In this document: one piece after another, positions 62,170 through 64,000 of the stretch
How positions within the stretch are numbered: position 1 is the first letter of the stretch
Layout of the letters: every line of letters begins with the position of its first letter
Notes under the pieces: generated by a model
Database searches by the model: none
What the model was told of the DNA's origin: nothing
The model's input: only the letters and a program-made list of their open reading frames with translations
Position numbers and translations under genes: made by a program
Assembly (NCBI GenBank): GCA_963704165.1
Contig: CAVPHD010000007.1
Location: 32,001-96,000 of the forward strand
Direction of reading: 5' to 3'
Source: an uncultured delta proteobacterium
Lineage (GTDB): Bacteria > Myxococcota_A > UBA9160 > SZUA-336
DNA length: 64,000 nt

Positions 62170-63106
62170 TCAGCTCTCGGGCGACCAGTAGTCGAAATCG
62201 ACGAGGTTGGCCTTCATGTAGTCGCGCAGGCCGTCGACGAGCTTCTTCTCGAGCTGGCGGATGCGCTCGCGGGTCAGACCGAGCTCGTCGCCGATCTCCT
62301 GCAAGGTCTTCGGCTCCTCGGAAAGGATGCGCTCGCGAAGGATCTTCTGATCTCGGTCGTCGAGGTCCACCGCGAATCGCTCGATGTGCTCGCGGAGGGT
62401 CTGTCGCATGTCTTGCTCGGCGACGGCGTCGTCGATGCGCCCGTCGCTCGCCGCGAACGATTCACCGAAGCTCGCACCTCCGGGCTCGTCGCGGCGCACC
62501 GGCGCGTCGGTCGAGAGATCGCCGTGCGCGAGCCGGTGCTGGAGATCGACGACTTCGAGCTCACGCACGCCGAGCTTCTCGGCGAGCAGGCGCGGTTCAG
62601 GCTCGAGACCTTCGCGCTCGAGCTCGCGCTTGGCGCGCGAGAGTTGGAAGAAGAGCTTGCGCTCCGCACGGCTCGAGCCCACGCGCACCATGCGGATGTT
62701 GTCGATCAGGTACTTCAGGATGTACGCGCGGATCCAGTAGGACGGCGTAGGACGAGAGCTTCACGCCGCGATGCGGGTCGAAGCGCTTCACGCCCTGAAG
62801 CAGCCCGACGTTTCCTTCCTGGATCAGGTCGAACGGGTTGGTCCAGACCCGTCGGTATTCGAGCGCGATCTTCACGACCAGCCGCAGGTTCGAGAGCACG
62901 AGTTTCTGCGCCGCCTCCGGATCCCCGGACGCGAAGACCTTCTCGGCGAGCGCAAATTCCTCTTCGCGGCTGAGCAGCGCGTAGCGCCCGACCTCGTGGA
63001 AATACCGCGAGAGCGCGTCGCGCGGAACGCTCTCGAGCCCCGAAGCAGGCACGGGGACCGGGAGCGCGGTCTCCGTCGGACCGTCCTCGTTTGGGTCTTT
63101 GCGCAC
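62170..63106 (-). CDS. rpoH: RNA polymerase sigma-32 family factor (frameshift ~62741)
   Basis: SNLRLVVKIA, DLIQEGNVG, RpoH-box-like ERKLFFQL, TRERIRQLE. Confidence 0.82.
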
Positions 63107-63168
63107 GGCCACAAACGTACACCTGTCGGACCGGGCCTGTCCGTGGCGAGCCGGGGCGTGGAAGGCGA

Positions 63169-63550
63169 CTACTTCTTGAGCGAGTGAATGAACTTCACGA
63201 GCGCCCAGCGGTCCGCTTCGGGTACGACGGCGCCCCAGGGAGCCATGAGCGGTGAGCCGCCCTTCGACGCCGCACCATTGCTGATGACGTCGAAGATGTC
63301 CTTGTCGGTTCCGCCGAACTTGAAGTCGCCCTGTTGGAAATTGCGCGGGGGCGGGACGAGGGTCTTCGCCGACGGGGCCGTCGCCTGCGCCGGTCGGGCC
63401 GTGGCAGGTCTCGCAGTACATCTTGTAGACCTTGGCGCCGTTGGCGGCGTCGGCCGCAGCGACCTTCGCGGCCGCGTCGTCGGCTGCGAAACCGGCCGAG
63501 GCCGCAGTGAGGATGACGAACGAAGCGGCGAGTCCGAGAAGTACGCGCAT
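63169..63550 (-). CDS. Exported monoheme cytochrome c (frameshift ~63370)
   Basis: Signal peptide, CETCHG..G.GDGP, then PPPRNF...MAPW in the adjacent frame. Confidence 0.85.
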
Positions 63551-63641
63551 GAAGCCCTCCAGGGTGGATGAAAGCGCGGGCGAGGTTAGAGACCGAGGCT
63601 GCGCCAGTCAACGCAACGCTCTGACGCACCCGCACGCAGAG

Positions 63642-64000
63642 CTATTTCCAGTGGCGGAGCATCTCGATCAGCAGCCGAACGCCGAAACCCGTGGCCCCCT
63701 TCGCGTAGTAGGGCGTCTCCTTCGTCGTCCATGCCGTGCCCGCGATGTCGAGGTGCGCCCAGGGCGTCTCGCCGACGAAATGGGAGAGGAACGCCGCCGC
63801 GGTCGAGACCCCGCCGTTGCGACCGCCCGTGTTCACGATGTCGCCGACGGTCCCCTTGATCGCGGTCTTGTGCTCGTCCCAGAGCGGGAGCGGCCAGGCC
63901 CGCTCGTGGGTCGCGTCGGCGGCGGTCGCGAACTTTCCCGATCAGCTTCTCGTCGTTCCCGAGGACGGCGCAGGCCACATCGCCCAGCGCGACGAGGCAC
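63642..64000 (-). CDS. pepA: Leucyl aminopeptidase, C-terminal part (frameshift ~63938; 5' end outside window)
   Basis: WPLPL, AAAFL..FV, WAHLDIAG, ATGFGVR. Confidence 0.88.

Overview
GC-rich bacterial chromosomal segment of mostly housekeeping and envelope genes. Gene order and content (ftsE-ftsX-envC-ctpA-xseA-xseB-ispA-dxs-tlyA, CxxxY-type ccm operon, bactofilin, RpoH-like sigma, GldAFG-like ABC system) suggest a Myxococcota/deltaproteobacterial lineage, which is an inference. About 13 genes, several normally essential, carry single-base frameshifts that look like long-read assembly errors, so they are listed as joined CDSs. No mobile element, CRISPR array, rRNA or tRNA was found. The most interesting signals are: (i) a ~530-bp intergenic region (8004-8535) holding a ~200-nt rod-like candidate ncRNA, a 13-bp inverted repeat, a recurring TGCGTCC motif, a sigma54-like site and a hairpin-rich leader before an unknown Zn-ribbon protein; (ii) a window-wide signature of leaderless mRNAs; (iii) an SGNH hydrolase / Lnt / two-unknown-membrane-protein cassette; (iv) a sigma54-type operon with a beta-propeller/TolC-like protein and a lamin-tail PEP-CTERM protein; (v) a one-cysteine IscU paralog between iscS and cysC; (vi) F420 genes cofD-cofC-cofE.
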